From assembly GCA_038087875.1 (NCBI GenBank), contig CM076001.1:498001-562000 (forward strand): a stretch of DNA of 64,000 nucleotides. Reading direction: 5' to 3'. Source of the stretch: Malacoraja senta. Its lineage: Eukaryota. This document shows, piece by piece, positions 11,668-24,974 of this stretch. The notes under the pieces were generated by a model that saw nothing but the letters and a program-made list of their open reading frames with translations, had not been told where the DNA came from and did no database searches. Numbering within the stretch: position 1 is the first letter of the stretch; each line of letters starts with the position of its first letter. Made by a program: the position numbers and the translations under genes.

Positions 11668-12750
11668 AGGTAGACAAAAATGCTGGAGAAACTCAGCGGG
11701 TGAGGGAGCAACTATGGAGCTAAGGAAATAGGCAATGTTTTGGGTCGAAACCCTTCTTCAGACTGATGTGAGGGTCGGGGTGGGGGAGTGGGGGGCGGGA
11801 AGAGGAAAGGAAGAGGTGGAGCCAGTGGGCTGAGGGAGAGCTGAGAAGGGGACGAGAAAGTAGGAACTACCTGAAATTAGAGAAGTCAATGTTCATATTG
11901 CTGGGGTGCAAACTGCCCAAGCGAAATATGAGGTGCTGTCCTCCAATTTTATAATTTGGCTTGACTGTTATGCAAATCTTCTATCCCAAGTTGCTCTGTA
12001 GTTATAGAGATGGGGTGGGGAGAGGGAAGGGGGAAACTCAGCAAACATTTCAATTCTAATCCACTCCAATCTCACCCCCTCTGAACGCATACTCCAGTGT
12101 TCACTTCGCAAAAAATCCCATTGGTTCACTCATCCCTCCCACCCACACCACCCCCTCCCCAGGTATTCTCCCCTGTAACTGCAGGACATGCGGCACATGC
12201 CCCTACACCTCCTCCCTCTACTCCATCCAGGGACCCCAGCAATCCTTCCGGGTGCGACAGAGATTCACGTGCACTACAAAGTCAATTCAACTTGCAACCC
12301 AATGGTGTGAACATTGAATTCTCCAATTTCTGGTAACTTTCACCCCGGCCCCCCACTGGCTGACTTTGCACTGGTTTCTCCCCTCCCCTTCCACCCCCAT
12401 CTCCACCTGCACCTCCTGCTACACAATTCCCAACTTTTCCATCCCCGAGTTTTACAATTCGCAACTCTACATCCTCTTGGGCCAACATCTACCTTTTCAT
12501 CCCTGGCCTTTGTCCAACAATCTGCCTATCACAACAAACTCTCACCTGTGTTCACCTATTATCAGCCATGCTCTGTTCTGCCCCTCCTCTCTTCCAACCA
12601 TATTTCCCATACCCCCTGCAATCTGTCTGGAGAAGAGTCACGACCCGAAACGTCACCTATCCATGTTCTACAGAGATGCTGCCTGGTCTGCTGAGTTACT
12701 CCAACATTTTGTGTCTTTCTTTGGTAAACCAGCATCTGCAGTTCCTTGTT
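11668..12750. mobile_element. Two Penelope-like fragments (about 11668-11950 minus, 12040-12750 plus)
   Basis: Both carry the LQP.G.NI.FSNF C-terminal motif and a terminal repeat with a hammerhead-like core (about 11735-11762 and 12627-12655). Confidence 0.75.
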
Positions 12751-13234
12751 ATTACATTTCATATCAATTCCATCTTGTTCTACTGTTCACTGTATGTCAT
12801 GTTGGCACTTGCGGGAGGAGCACCAAGTCAAATTCCTTGTATGTGAATACTTGGCCAATAAACTTATTCATTCATTCATTCATTCATTCATTCATTCATT
12901 CAAATCCAAATGTTTTTTGGAGTTAATACATTTTTTCGTTGCACAGTTGTAGATGTAGCCCAGTCCATCACTCAGACCAAAAGTGACCAACATAATCAAA
13001 GACTTGTCCCACCCTGGTCATTCTTTCTTCTCCTTGCTTCTGTCTGGCAGAATATACAGGAGCTTGAAAGCGCACATCACCAGACTCAGAAACAACTTAT
13101 GTCACTCTGTTATTATACTTTTGAATGGTCTTTCTATGATCTAGGGTGCTGACCTATTCACCTTTACCCCATTGCGGACAAGGAACTTTGTCTATGGAAA
13201 CTATATTCTACAATGCGCTACAAGAGAAGAGAGA

Positions 13235-14100
13235 ATCAAGTCAAGAGTGTTTTATTGCCTATGTCATGAAACGGAACACTGAGATTCTTACTTGTGGCAG
13301 CAGCGCAACAGGTTTGTAAATGCAGTATTCAATAAATAATATCACAAACAAACATATAAAATATTCAATAAATATAAAAACAAAAACAATATATTGCAAA
13401 ATGTCAACAAATATCAAAGTCCATTGTGCCACCCAGGTAGCTTGTAGTAGAGTTGGAGCTTGAAATGTTCAATAGTCTGATGGTTGTTGGGAAGAAGCTG
13501 TTCCTGAAGCTGGATTCTACAATTATGTATCTTCTTCCCAATGGCAGGAGATAAATGAGAGCGTGGCCAGGGTGGTGTGTGTCCTTGATGATTCTGGTTG
13601 CCTTATTTGGACCGCTCCTCTTATACATCTCTACGATGGTGGGGAGGTCTGTACCCGTGATGGACTGGGCAGTGTTCACCATTTTATTGTACTCTCCTTC
13701 ATTCCTGGGCGTTCAAGTTGCTGAACCAGGCCGTGATGCAACCAATCAATATACTCTCCACTCTGCACCTGTAGACGTTCAAGAGAGTATTCGTCGACAT
13801 ACCAAATCTCTTCAAGCTTCGAAGTAACATTGATGGGCTTTTTTTATGATTGCTTCATTGTGCTGGGTCCAGGACAGATTTTCAGATATATGCACGCACA
13901 GGAACTTGATGTTGTTGATTCTCTCCACCACCAACCCATCGATGAAGCCAAGTTTGTGGATCCTCAGCCTTCCTTTTCCAAAGTCAACAATTAGTTCCAT
14001 GATTTACTGACGTTGAGAGCAAGGTTGTTGTTCTGGCACCAATCAATCAGACGACCGATCTCCCTCCTGTACTCTGACTCATCACTACACTCTGTATCTT
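13235..14100 (-). mobile_element. Rex1/Babar LINE 3' fragment (decayed)
   Basis: DESEYRREIGRLIDWCQNNNLALNVSK, ELIVDF, IIKDTHHPGH and FRNSFFPTTIRLLN. Confidence 0.85.
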
Positions 14101-14354
14101 CCTCTTTGTTCCCCCTGTCGTGCTTGAGTTTGACTTGATTACATTTATGAATGGTATATTTGGATAGCATGCAAAACAAAGCTTTTCACTATACCTCACT
14201 GCACGTGGCAAAAATAACTCTCAACCTAATTCTGTTTCTAAAATAGACAAGACACAAAATGCTGGAGTAACTCAGCAGGACAGGCAGCATCTCTGGATAG
14301 AAGGAATGGATGACGTTTCTGGTCGAGACCCTTCTTCAGAGTCTTGACCATTGT

Positions 14355-15160
14355 CACTGGGTGGGCAGCGCGACCCACGTCGCAGCAGCTTCTGCAGTCC
14401 GTCTGTCTTTTTTTATTTTCTTGTCTCGTTTGAGTGTAGTTTATAGTGTTTTTTAAAAACTGGGTATGTGTGAGAGGGCGGGGTGGGGGGGTGGAGAAAC
14501 TTTTAAAATCTTTTCCCTGGACGGAGGACCCGACCTTTTCCCTGTCGGGTCTCCGTTGTCATTGGGGCCTAGCACCGTGGAGCGGCCTCCAACCGGAACG
14601 ACCTGGGGCTCCAGTCGCGGAGCCGGCGGACTTACTTACCATCGCGGGGCTGGCCGGCTTCGGAACGTGGAGAGCTGTGGTGGCGCGCTGCTGCGGCCCG
14701 ACCCCGGAGATTCGGAGACTCCAGCCGCCGGCCCGGTGGACGGTGACATCGGGAGCTCGCGGGTCCCTGGTGGGAGACCGCTTTTCGGAGCTTCCGCAAC
14801 GGAAACTTCTCCCGCCCGAGTTGCGGGGTTGAAGATGACCTGGAGCGGGGCCTTACATCGCCCGGCGCAGCTTAAACGGCCATGGGACTTGCTAGCACCC
14901 GCTGGGGGCTCCAACATCAAGACCCGGAGCGCGGCCTTGCATCACCCGGCACGGCTTTAATGGCCACGGGACTTATTTACCATCGCCCGCCGGGGGCTTT
15001 GACTTTGACATCGGGAGGAGAATGAGGAGTGCGAGGGAGAGATAAGACTTTGCCTTCCATCACAGTGAGGAGGAGATTCGCTGTGATAGATGTTTGTGTA
15101 AATTGTGTTGTGTCTTGGGTCTTTCTCTTGTTTGTATGACTGCAGAAACCAAATTTTGTA
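14355..15160 (+). mobile_element. GC-rich non-coding retroelement with Rex1-like tail, copy 1
   Basis: Same architecture as 15768, 31450 and 48028: GC head, T-rich tract, G-run, CpG-rich body, TTGCCTTCCATCACAGTGAGG motif, GT-rich tail. Confidence 0.65.
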
Positions 15161-15218
15161 TCATTGTATCATTGTATCATTCCTTCTCTCCAGAGATGCT
15201 GCCTGTCCCACTGAGATA

Positions 15219-15659
15219 AAGCTCTGTCTCACGGTGTTGCGGTCATTGGCGGTGAAGCGCGGCGTCGCCAGAAGAGGGGACCGCATGCCAACCGCGAGAG
15301 CGCCGCACGGATGCTGCGCGGGGGCCGAGTGACCTCCGTACGGCCGGTTCCACGAGCTTGCGGCGTCGGGTGATTACGTCATCGCGCAACGTGACGCGCT
15401 ACGCGATGACGTCTTTCGGATCGCGGTGCTGTGGCGGCGGCCGTGCTGCACACCTGCTTCACTGGAGGCGGCTCGTGACTCACTGGCGGCAAGAAATTAT
15501 TTTTGGACAGTGCTGATTTTTTTATAGCACGGTGTTGGGACAAACGCCGCACGGCCCCGGCGGTGGTCGTTTGACCGAACCCGTGGTCTCTGGCGGTCCA
15601 CGAGCGGTAGATACTTCCTGTATCACCGCCAATGACCGCAGACTCGTGAGACAGACCTT
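15219..15659. mobile_element. PIF/Harbinger-type MITE inserted into a Penelope terminal repeat
   Basis: TIRs of about 36 bp, AAG(C/G)TCTGTCTCACG....GCGGTCATTGGCGGTGA; splits CTGAG-TTA-CTCCAGC with ATA/TTA flanks. Confidence 0.8.
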
Positions 15660-15767
15660 TTACTCCAGCATTTTGTGCCTATCATCGGTGTAAACCAGCA
15701 TCTGCTGTTCCTTCCTCTACTCTCTTTCTAAAATGCTCCTTCTCATGAAAATGATCTTTGATCTGAA

Positions 15768-16365
15768 TCAAGGCTTCAAGGTTCAAGGTCAGTTCATTGT
15801 CACATGTACCAATTAAGGTACAGTGAAATTTGAATTACCATACAGCCATACTAAAAGAAAAAGCAATAAGACACACAACTACGTAAAAGTTAACATAGAC
15901 ATCCACCCCAGCAGATTCTCCACGTTCCTCACTGTGATGGAAGGCAATAAAGTCCAATCTCCTTCCTCTTTATTCTCTGGGGCAGTTGAACCATCCGCAG
16001 TGAGGGCGATCGAAGCTCCCGCCTCGAGGCGGTCAAAGCTCCTGCAGTTTGGAGCTCCGGAAGTCGGTCACCGACCAGAGACCGTGAGCACCATGATGTT
16101 AAAGTCCCGCAGGCTCCCACGGTGTATTCTCTCGAAGTCAGTCTCCAGCAAAGGCCGCCATTTCCTCGATGTTCGGCCGCAGTGCGGACGGAGATACGAT
16201 ACGGAAAGAAATCGCATCTCCGTTGGGGTAAAAGATTAGAAAAAGTTTCTACCAACTCCCCCCCCCCACCCCCCACATAAAACAAGCTAAAGAACACTAA
16301 AAACATACATTTAACACATACAAACAAACAACAAGAGGGAAGGGCCAGACAGCCTGTTGGCGAGA
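15768..16365 (-). mobile_element. GC-rich non-coding retroelement with Rex1-like tail, copy 2
   Basis: Plus strand has CCTCACTGTGATGGAAGGCAA; the minus strand ends AAATTTCACTGTACCTTAATTGGTACATGTGACAATGAAC plus short tandem repeats. Confidence 0.65.
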
Positions 16366-16839
16366 TTTTTACTAACTAGACTTTCACTTCTCTTACAACA
16401 TTCTCCCCACTATACAAGAGTGCCCTCTGAGAAACAATATTCACCATGAGACTGGAAAATGTCACTGCTTCCCACATCTTGGGAACCATGTCTGGCAAAG
16501 CAGACATCAATGATGAAATTCACCAGTGCCCAACCAAGGCATAAAAGTCAATTTCAGTGGCAAAGTAGATAGATCCCACTGGAACTTTCCCTTAAATATA
16601 TTATTCTCATGGCCATTATTCCTGTCTAAGCCTTGAATATTGTTAACACACAATGGTTCCTCATAGGAACCTTTGCTCATTGCAGGAGAGACCGTCGTTT
16701 CTATCCTCCATACCGTCAACTTTTGCATTGAATAATAATAATAATAATATATTTTATTTATATAGCGCTTTTCAGGACTCAAAGTCGCTTGTTCTCAACT
16801 AACTCACCGCAGATCAGTAGCTGAAGGGAGGGTAAGCCA

Positions 16840-17575
16840 CAACGTGTTGGAGTAACGCAGTGGGTCAGACAGCATCGAGGAAGGAATGGATAGGTCCTGT
16901 TATAGGTAGGTATCCATTTTCAGACTGATAAGAGTCGGGCAAGAAAGCTGGAAAAGAGGTGGGGATGGGATAAAGCCTGGCAAGTGATAGGTGGGCTTGA
17001 CTGGCAGACAGGTGAATGAAGGATGGAGATGAAAAAGAGACAAATCATGAGTGTCAGTTAATGAGAGGAGTGAAAGGTAAAGCCAGGGAGAGGGATGTAG
17101 GTAGAAGGAGGGTGGTACAGGAACGAGAGAGGGGGTTAGGCAGGATGGGGGAATGGGGGCAGGGGAGAGTTACTTAAAATGAGAGAATTCAATGTTCATC
17201 GATTTGTGTTGTAAGTTAGCCAAGTGGAATTAAGTATTGTTCCTCCATTTTGCTACTCTGGCAACAGAGTAGGCCCAGGACACAAAGATCAGTATGGGAA
17301 TGGGAAGGGGTGTTAAAATGGTTAGCATCTGAAGATAGAGCTCTATGGAAACTGGAGGGGGAGGGATGACTAATCTGCCGGTGGGATCATGTTGAAGGTG
17401 GTGGAAATAACAGAGAATGATATACTGGATGTGGGGACTGGTGAGGGGAAAGGACCAGGAGAATTCTAGTCTTGTTATTTCTGAGGGAGGGGGTCGCAGA
17501 GAAGATGGGGGCTTTTTGGTCTGTCTGACTCCATAAATTGATATTAAGGGAGCCCATACTTCCACTGCAATATTC
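16840..17575 (-). mobile_element. Old Penelope-like fragment
   Basis: Reverse-complement similarity to the larger element at 55165-56715 (e.g. GAGAATTCAATGTTCAT and the terminal repeat). Confidence 0.65.
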
Positions 17576-17589
17576 ATGGAAAGATCGAG

Positions 17590-18563
17590 GATGTAACTAG
17601 TAGAGTGGATAGGGGAGAACCAGTGGATGTGTTGTATCTGGACTTTCAGAAGGCTTTCGACAAGGTCCCACATAAGAGATTAATATACAAACTTAAAGCA
17701 CACAGTATTGGGGGTTCAGTATTGATGTGGATGGAGAACTGGCTGGCAAACAGGAAGCAAAGAGTAGGATAAACGGGTCCTTTTCACAATTGCAGGCAGT
17801 GACTAGCGGGGTACCGCAAGGCTCAGTGCTGGGACCCCAGCTATTTACAATTTATATTAATGATCTGGATGAGGGAATTGAAGGCAACATCTCCAAGTTT
17901 GCAGATGACACTAAGCTGGGGGGCAGTGTTAGCTGTGAGGAGGATGCTAGGAGACTGCAAGGTGACTTGGATAGGTTGGGTGAGTGGGCAAATGTTTGGC
18001 AGATGCAGTATAATGTGGATAAATGTGAGGTTATCCACTTTGGTGGCAAAAACAGGAAAGCAGACTATTATCTAAATGGTGGCCGATTAGGAAAAGGGGA
18101 GATGCAGCGAGACCTGGGTGTCATGGTACACCAGTCATTGAAAGTAGGCATGCAGGTGCAGCAGGCAGTGAAGAAAGCGAATGGTATGTTAGCTTTCACA
18201 GCAAAAGGATTTGAGTATAGGAGCAGGGAGGTTCTACTGCAGTTGTACAGGGTCTTGGTGAGTGCACACCTGGAGTATTGCGTACAGTTTTGGTCACCAA
18301 ATCTGAGGAAGGACATTATAGCCATAGAGGGAGTGCAGAGCAGGTTCACCAAACTGATTCCTGGGATGTCAGGACTTTCATATGAAGAAAGACTGGATAG
18401 ACTCGGGTTATACTCGCTAGAATTTAGGAGATTGAGAGGGGATCTTATAGAAACTTACAAAATTCTTATGGGATTGGACAGGCTAGATGCAGGAAGATTG
18501 TTCCCGATGTTGGGGAAGTCCAGGACAAGGGGTCACAGCTTAAGGATAAGGGGGAAATCCTTT
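17590..18563 (+). mobile_element. CR1 LINE RT region, cut by the assembly gap
   Basis: YLDFQKAFDKVPH, VTSGVPQGSVLGPQLFTIYINDL, SKFADDTKLGG, RRLRGDLIETYKI. Confidence 0.95.
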
Positions 18564-18763
18564 NNNNNNNNNNNNNNNNNNNNNNNNNNNNNNNNNNNNN
18601 NNNNNNNNNNNNNNNNNNNNNNNNNNNNNNNNNNNNNNNNNNNNNNNNNNNNNNNNNNNNNNNNNNNNNNNNNNNNNNNNNNNNNNNNNNNNNNNNNNNN
18701 NNNNNNNNNNNNNNNNNNNNNNNNNNNNNNNNNNNNNNNNNNNNNNNNNNNNNNNNNNNNNNN
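18564..18763. other. Assembly gap (200 N)
   Basis: Run of exactly 200 N; the CR1 on the left does not resume on the right. Confidence 1.
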
Positions 18764-19195
18764 TTTATTTTTGTAAAAAATAATTGAAAACTACATTTTG
18801 GCTCATGTGATATAGATGGGATGGCCTAAGCTGCAAAATGTTTTAGGATATCATGAAAGAGTCTGAAAGATGATCTATAGATACAACTCTCCTTCTGCTA
18901 TCCTTGTCTACAACAATATTTTTACACAACAATGGAATTCTCATTCTTATTTTATTTATTTATTTTCCAACATCTTGATCTGTGATCTGTTCCAGATTTG
19001 AGTGCTGCTGTCAAGGTCATCAATAGATATCCATCCATAATTACCCTTCAGCAGTTGATGCACATCCATAGGGAATGGAGTGGCTTATTCAGCTTTATTC
19101 TGGTCAACCTACAGGTTGGTCTGGAGTTGCATACAGGCCTAACCAGGTAAGGATGACCAATATCCTCCTGAGGACGTAAATTAACGATGGTTCTT

Positions 19196-21605
19196 ACAAG
19201 AGTCAAGAGTCAAGAGTCAAGATTCAAGAGAGGTTATTGTCATGTGTCCCAGATAGGACAATGAAATTCTTACTTTGCTTCAGCACAACAGAATATAGTA
19301 GGCATGAATACAGAACAGATCAGTGTGTCCATATACCATTATATAAATATATACACACATGAATAAATACAGATAAGGTGCAAATAAACAGATAATGGTC
19401 TATTAATGTTCAGAGTTTTGTTTGATTTGAGTGATGGCTGTGGAGAAGTAGCTATTCCTGAAGCTGGACATTGCAGTCTTCAGGCTCCTGTACCTACGAC
19501 CTGAAGGTAGTGGGGAGATGAGTGTGTGGCCAGGATGGTGTGGGTCCTTGATGATGCTGCCAGCCTTTTTTGAGGCAGCGACTGCGATAGATGTCCTCGA
19601 CTACTTTTTGTAGTCTTTTCCACTCCTGGGTGCTCAAGTTGCCAAACCAAACCACGATGCAACCGGTCAGCATGCTCTCCAATGTGCACCTGTAGAAGTT
19701 AGAGAGAGTCCTCCTTGACATACCGACTCTCCGTAATCTTCTCAGGAAGTAGAGGCGCTGATGTGCTTTCTTTATAATTGCATCAGTGTTCTCGGACCAG
19801 GAGAGAACTTCAGAAATATGCAAGCCCAGGAATTTGAGGCTCTTGACCCTCTCTACCTTCGACCCATTGATATGAACGGGTCTGTGGGTCCCCATCCTAC
19901 CCCTTCCAAAGTCCACAATCAGTTCCTTGGTTTTTCTGGTGTTGAGGGCCAGGTTATTGTGTTAGCACCATTTGGTCAGTCGGTCGATCTCTCTTCTATA
20001 CTCTGACTCGTCCCCATCAGTGATACGTCCCACAACAGTGGTGTCGTCAGCGAACTTGATGATGGATTTCGCACTATGACCGGCTACGCAGTCATAAGTA
20101 TAGAGTGAGTACTGCAGGGGGCAAAGCACGCAGCCTTGAGGTGCTCCCGTGCTGATTGTTATCGGTCTCTGGTCTGTAACTGAGGAAGTCGAGGATCCAT
20201 TTGCAGAGGGATGCGCAGAGACCAAGATCTGAGATCTTGGTAACCAGCTTGGAGGGGATGATTGTATTAAATGCCGAGCTGTAATCAATGAATAACAGCC
20301 TGACATATGAGTTTTTGTTGTCCAAGTTGTCCAGAGCGGAGTGGAGAGCCAGCGAGATCGCATCCACCATTGATCTGTTGTGGCGGTAGGCAAACTACAG
20401 TGGGTCCAGGTTTTTGTCGAGGTGGGAGTTGATTTGCGCCATGATCAACCTCTCAACGAACTTCATCACCAATGACGTTAGTGCCACTGGTCGATAGTCG
20501 TTGAGGCACGTCACCTTGCTCTTCTTGGGCACCGGTATAATTGATGCCCTTTTAAAGCAGGTGGGAACCTCAGACCTCAGAAGTGAGAGGCTGAAAATGT
20601 CCGTAAAAACTCCAGCCAGTTCGTCCGCACAGGTTTTTAGAACACGACCTGGTATACCATCAGGTCCAGGCGCTTTTCGAGGGTTCACCCCTCTGAAGGA
20701 TTTTCTGATGTCGGCCTCTGTGACTGAGACTGAAATACCATCCCAGCGAATGGGGGCTCGGGAAGGCACATCAGTATTCTCCCTATCAAAGCGTGCATAA
20801 AACGCATTGAGCTCGTCAGGGAGTGATGTTTCGCCAACATTCGTGCTGCCTCCTGATCTCGCCAGTGATTGCATTCAGGCCCTGCCACAGCTGCCGAACA
20901 TCTGTCTCATCCTCCAGCTTGGAGCAGAAGTCCCTTTTGGCCTTTTTGATGGCCTTACCAAGGTCGTACTGGGACTTCTTGTAGACCACTGTATCATCAG
21001 ACATGAATGCCCGGTGTCTGGTCCTCAGAAGAGTGTGAATCTCAAAGTTCATCCAAGGCTTCTGATTGGGAAACACTCGGAAGGTTTTTATAGGGATGCA
21101 GTCCTCCACACATTTCTTCATGAAGTCTGTAACGACTGTGGCGTATTCATTCAGGTCCGTTGCCGAGTCACTGACACTGCCCAGTCTACAGACTCCAAAC
21201 AGTCCTGAAGTTGTTCCTCTGCCCTCCCAGATCAGCTCTGTACAGTCCTCACCTCTGGGGGTGCGCTCTTCAATTGCTGCCTGTAGGCAGGAAGAAGCAG
21301 CACAGCGGTGTGGTCAGATTTACCGAAGTGAGGGCGAGGGATAGAGCGATAGGCATCCTTAATGGTGGTGTAGCAGTGGTCGAGGGCGTTTGGTTCTCTG
21401 GAGCAGGGGACATGTTGGTGGAAGTTAGGGAGCGTTTACTTGAGGTTTGCTTTTTTGAAGGTGGTAAGACGTCTGGTGTTTGTTGACCACGGCGTGCAGC
21501 TCCTCCAGTGCCAGACGGACGTCTGCTTGGGGTGGGATGTAGACCGTGGTCAGGATAATCGAGGTAAATTGTCTTGGGAAGTAGAAGGGGCGGCACTTCA
21601 CCGCC
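19196..21605 (-). mobile_element. Rex1/Babar LINE (partial EN plus RT, frameshifted) with short tandem-repeat tail
   Basis: KAPGPDGIPGRVLK, LNDYRPVALTS, LFIDYSSAFNTI, GAPQGCVL, KFADDTTVVG; (CAAGAGT)n at about 19197-19220. Confidence 0.95.
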
Positions 21606-23159
21606 AGATGTTCGAGGTGTGGAAAGAAGGAGTTGGACAGGACATTTTCATGCCTGAGAAAGCTATGGTGTGGTTGAAGTAAATGGATTCATTAATGACA
21701 GAGATGGCAGAAATGATGTTCACATCATGCTTCAGGAGAAATAGATGTTGTCCATACCTAAAAATAGCATTTGGGAAGGATGATGCTGTATGCATCTGAG
21801 GTACGCAGCTGAACTTAGAATTACACAGATGTTAATGCAGAATTATCTGATTTCTTAGATTAACACTTGAATGTAGCTAAATTTTACGAGATCGTTCAGT
21901 TTAACCACAAGTGCATTTGATCTGTTGGCCTCAAATCTTCTCCTAATGGCTACATGCCCACATTTCAAAGCTGCATGTAATTTGGCAAAATTAGTAACAG
22001 TATAACTTGCATTAAACAACTCCTCTAATGACTTCAAGATCTTCCCAAGCACTCTACAGTGAAGGAAATACTCAAGTCAAATCAAGATACTTGTACATGA
22101 AAAACATGCTCGCAGTAACATCACAGGTACATAACTCAGACAACACACAAAACATCAGTAATTGTGAGCTGTAATCACTTTTGTAACAAAGGAAACACAA
22201 TGGACAATTTGCAATCAGCAAAGCCACAAACAGCAATGTGTTTATGACCAGAACATATTTTCTTAAAAATAAGTTAGATGCACAACAAGTACTCCCAAGC
22301 TTATTAAAGAGAATTGTCATTCTTATCTTAAAATCACATGGCAATGTTTCTATCTCAATCTAAAGGAACAGACAGATACCGATATTAACATCTCACCAGG
22401 AAGACAGTTAGCAAGATACTCATCCTGGAGTTGGAAGAAGGGTTCCCACCCAAAACGTCACATATTCCTTTTCTCCTGAATGCTGCCTGACCCGCTGAGT
22501 TACTCCAGGCATCTTGTGTCTACCTTTGGCAAGGCACTCATCCTGGGTTGATGATATTAGTGACCAATGTGTAGTTTTCAGCCTCTACAATTACTCCATT
22601 ATTGATGCATAGCATTTTTAGAGGCACAGTACAACATGCAGTTGTGATGGTGTGTTCAGCACTTCAGACTGGGTCTAAGTGTCAAGGTAAATATCCCAGC
22701 CAATGCAACCCTCTTCCACTTCTGTAATGGATGACTAAACCAGATTTGAACTCAATTCCCCAGTGTTTCAACCTGTAACTTTCCACCAAATCACATGGGA
22801 ACCAATTTCTCCAGAAATGCTGTATTGATAGAAATTGTAGATCAGTACAGTACAGGAAGATGCCCTTCTGCTCACAATGCCCAGGTAAAATAATCTCCCT
22901 TCCTGCACGTAATCCTTATCCCTCAATTCTCTTCGTGCCTATTTAAAAACCTTTTAAATGCCAGGAATCATGTCCGCTTCCACCACCACACTGGCAGCGC
23001 GTTACAGACACACCGTTCGCTATATAAAACACTTTATTTCCCCTTGCAAAGTAACAATACCAGTTACTCTGCAGACCTGGCCTGTGGTGAGAGAAGATAG
23101 AAAGTTGGCATTCAGCATAACAAAAGACTGAAAGTTTGTCAAATGCATGTGAAGGTTTA

Positions 23160-23395
23160 AGGGCCTGTCCAATTTGGCGATATTTTCAGCGACTGCCAGC
23201 ATCATTGACTGACGTATCAGGTGACTGAAAAATTTGCGCCGTGATGTGTCGTGGTGACATATGGAGCGTGGTATTTTTTCAAGTGTCACAACATTTTTTT
23301 TTGTTGCCGCTGGATTTTGAAATGTTCAAAATCATTTGATGACACAGATATGACGCCGGCAGTCGCTAAAAAATTCGCCAAGTGGGACAGACCAT
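23160..23395. mobile_element. PIF/Harbinger-type MITE
   Basis: TIR GGGCCTGTCCAATTTGGCGA / TCGCCAAGTGGGACAGACC; TTA/TAA flanks. Confidence 0.75.
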
Positions 23396-24412
23396 TAAGA
23401 CTTGCTTAGTAAATTTCTCTATTTTGCATTGCTTAGTACATTTCTCTATGTGGGAGCTTTGCACTTCAGTGAGCTGGGTTCTCCCTGTTCCACATGTCCC
23501 ACATTAACAAAAAATCTAAACTTTTCTGTTTTGCAATAAGACTTCCAAGAAGCTGAAACTCAAGTGATATTACCTTCTAATACATGATTTCACTTGCTTG
23601 GTGCACAATTAAATTACCACATGGATCACTAATCGTTATTCATTACCCATACGTTTACAATGGATCAAGACTTTTAACCAACCAGGCAAATAAATATCAT
23701 TGAAGAGCAGGAAGGAATGATTTATCAATGATGTATCAGTCTGAGGAAGGGTCCTGTCCCGAAACGTCACCTATCCAATGTTCTTCAGAGATGCTGCCTA
23801 ACCCGCTAAGTTACTCTAGCATTTTGTGTCTGTCTTAGGATGATCTATCATTGGTTATCAGGAATATAGAACCACATGTCATTGTTATATGAACTTGTGT
23901 TATAGAGTACAAAAAAATGATCAACGTTTTTTTAAAAAAAGGTCAAATGAAATGATATTGGTCAATGCTGTTCCTCTAAATTTCTCTATCTCATTCTCAC
24001 CACAGACTTTCCCTTCCCCCACCCTTCTCCTCTTATTTTGCTATTGCCAGATAGGTTTTTCCTTTTTTAGCTCTTGACATTCCATTTTTCTAATGCCACC
24101 TTTTTTTCCCCATTCACCTCGTTTTATCTCTCTCCTTATTTTCTATTCCTTTCCCATCCACTCCCCTCATTATTTGCACGTGTTTCCTCTTCTCCTGGTG
24201 GCCTTTAATAACACTTTTTTCTTGCATTTCCCCTCTACTTCTCTGGAACAGATCTCCCTTTCCCTGTTGACTGTTACCAATCAGATCTCCCCAATGCCCT
24301 CAATCTCACCTTTAAACATGCCTTATTTCCCTACCTCCCCCCCTCGATGTACCATAAAACTCTTTCTGCATGGTCCTATCATATCCTTGGCCCTCACTGT
24401 CTTTTCGTTTTT

Positions 24413-24720
24413 ACATTTAGAGATACAGCGTGGAAACAGGCCCTTCGGCCCACCAGGTCTGTACTGACCAGCGATCCCCGCACATTAACACTATCCTACA
24501 CCCACAAGGGACAATTTTTACATTTACCAAGCCAATTAATCTACAAACCTGTACGTCTTTGGAGTGTGGGAGGAAACCGAACATCTCGGAGAAAACCTAC
24601 GCAAGTCATGGGGAGAACGTACATACTCCATACAGACAGCACCCGTAGTCGGGATCGAACCCGAGACTCCGGCGCTGCAAGCGCTCTAAGCCAGCAACTC
24701 TACCGCTGCGCCACCGTGAC
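24413..24720 (-). mobile_element. Full-length HE1-like tRNA-derived SINE
   Basis: Minus strand has A-box GGTGGCGCAGCGG, B-box GGTTCGATCCC, a V-domain-like body and a CR1-type tail. Confidence 0.85.
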
Positions 24721-24974
24721 TGTCATTCACAATATGTTTCCTTGACTACTCGTGCATATTATTTCTTCCATGTAATCCTATCTGTGCAATAAAACTATAG
24801 TTCCTGACAACTTTATTTAGTAATATTATTCTGACAAGTTTCCGAAAATATGTATCCGCAGTCTTGGAGCTAGTCCTGTATTATTTCATTATAGTCATGG
24901 AAATACACAGCGTGGAAATTTCTTTCAGTCAACCATCAACCATGCATTTCCACTAATCCTACATTATTTATTCA

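Noticed and set aside
14446..15660. CpG island or host promoter
   Set aside because: The CpG content comes from a repeated retroelement and a MITE.
17727..18776. 349-aa ORF spanning the gap
   Set aside because: Length is inflated by N translation; it is a CR1 RT fragment.
21855..22052. Possible exon VLGKILKSLEELFNA
   Set aside because: Overlaps an old dispersed repeat also seen near 1180, 10110 and 45590; no good donor.
24640..24720. tRNA gene (also 32391 and 45975)
   Set aside because: The A/B boxes belong to SINE heads that continue into SINE bodies and LINE-type tails.
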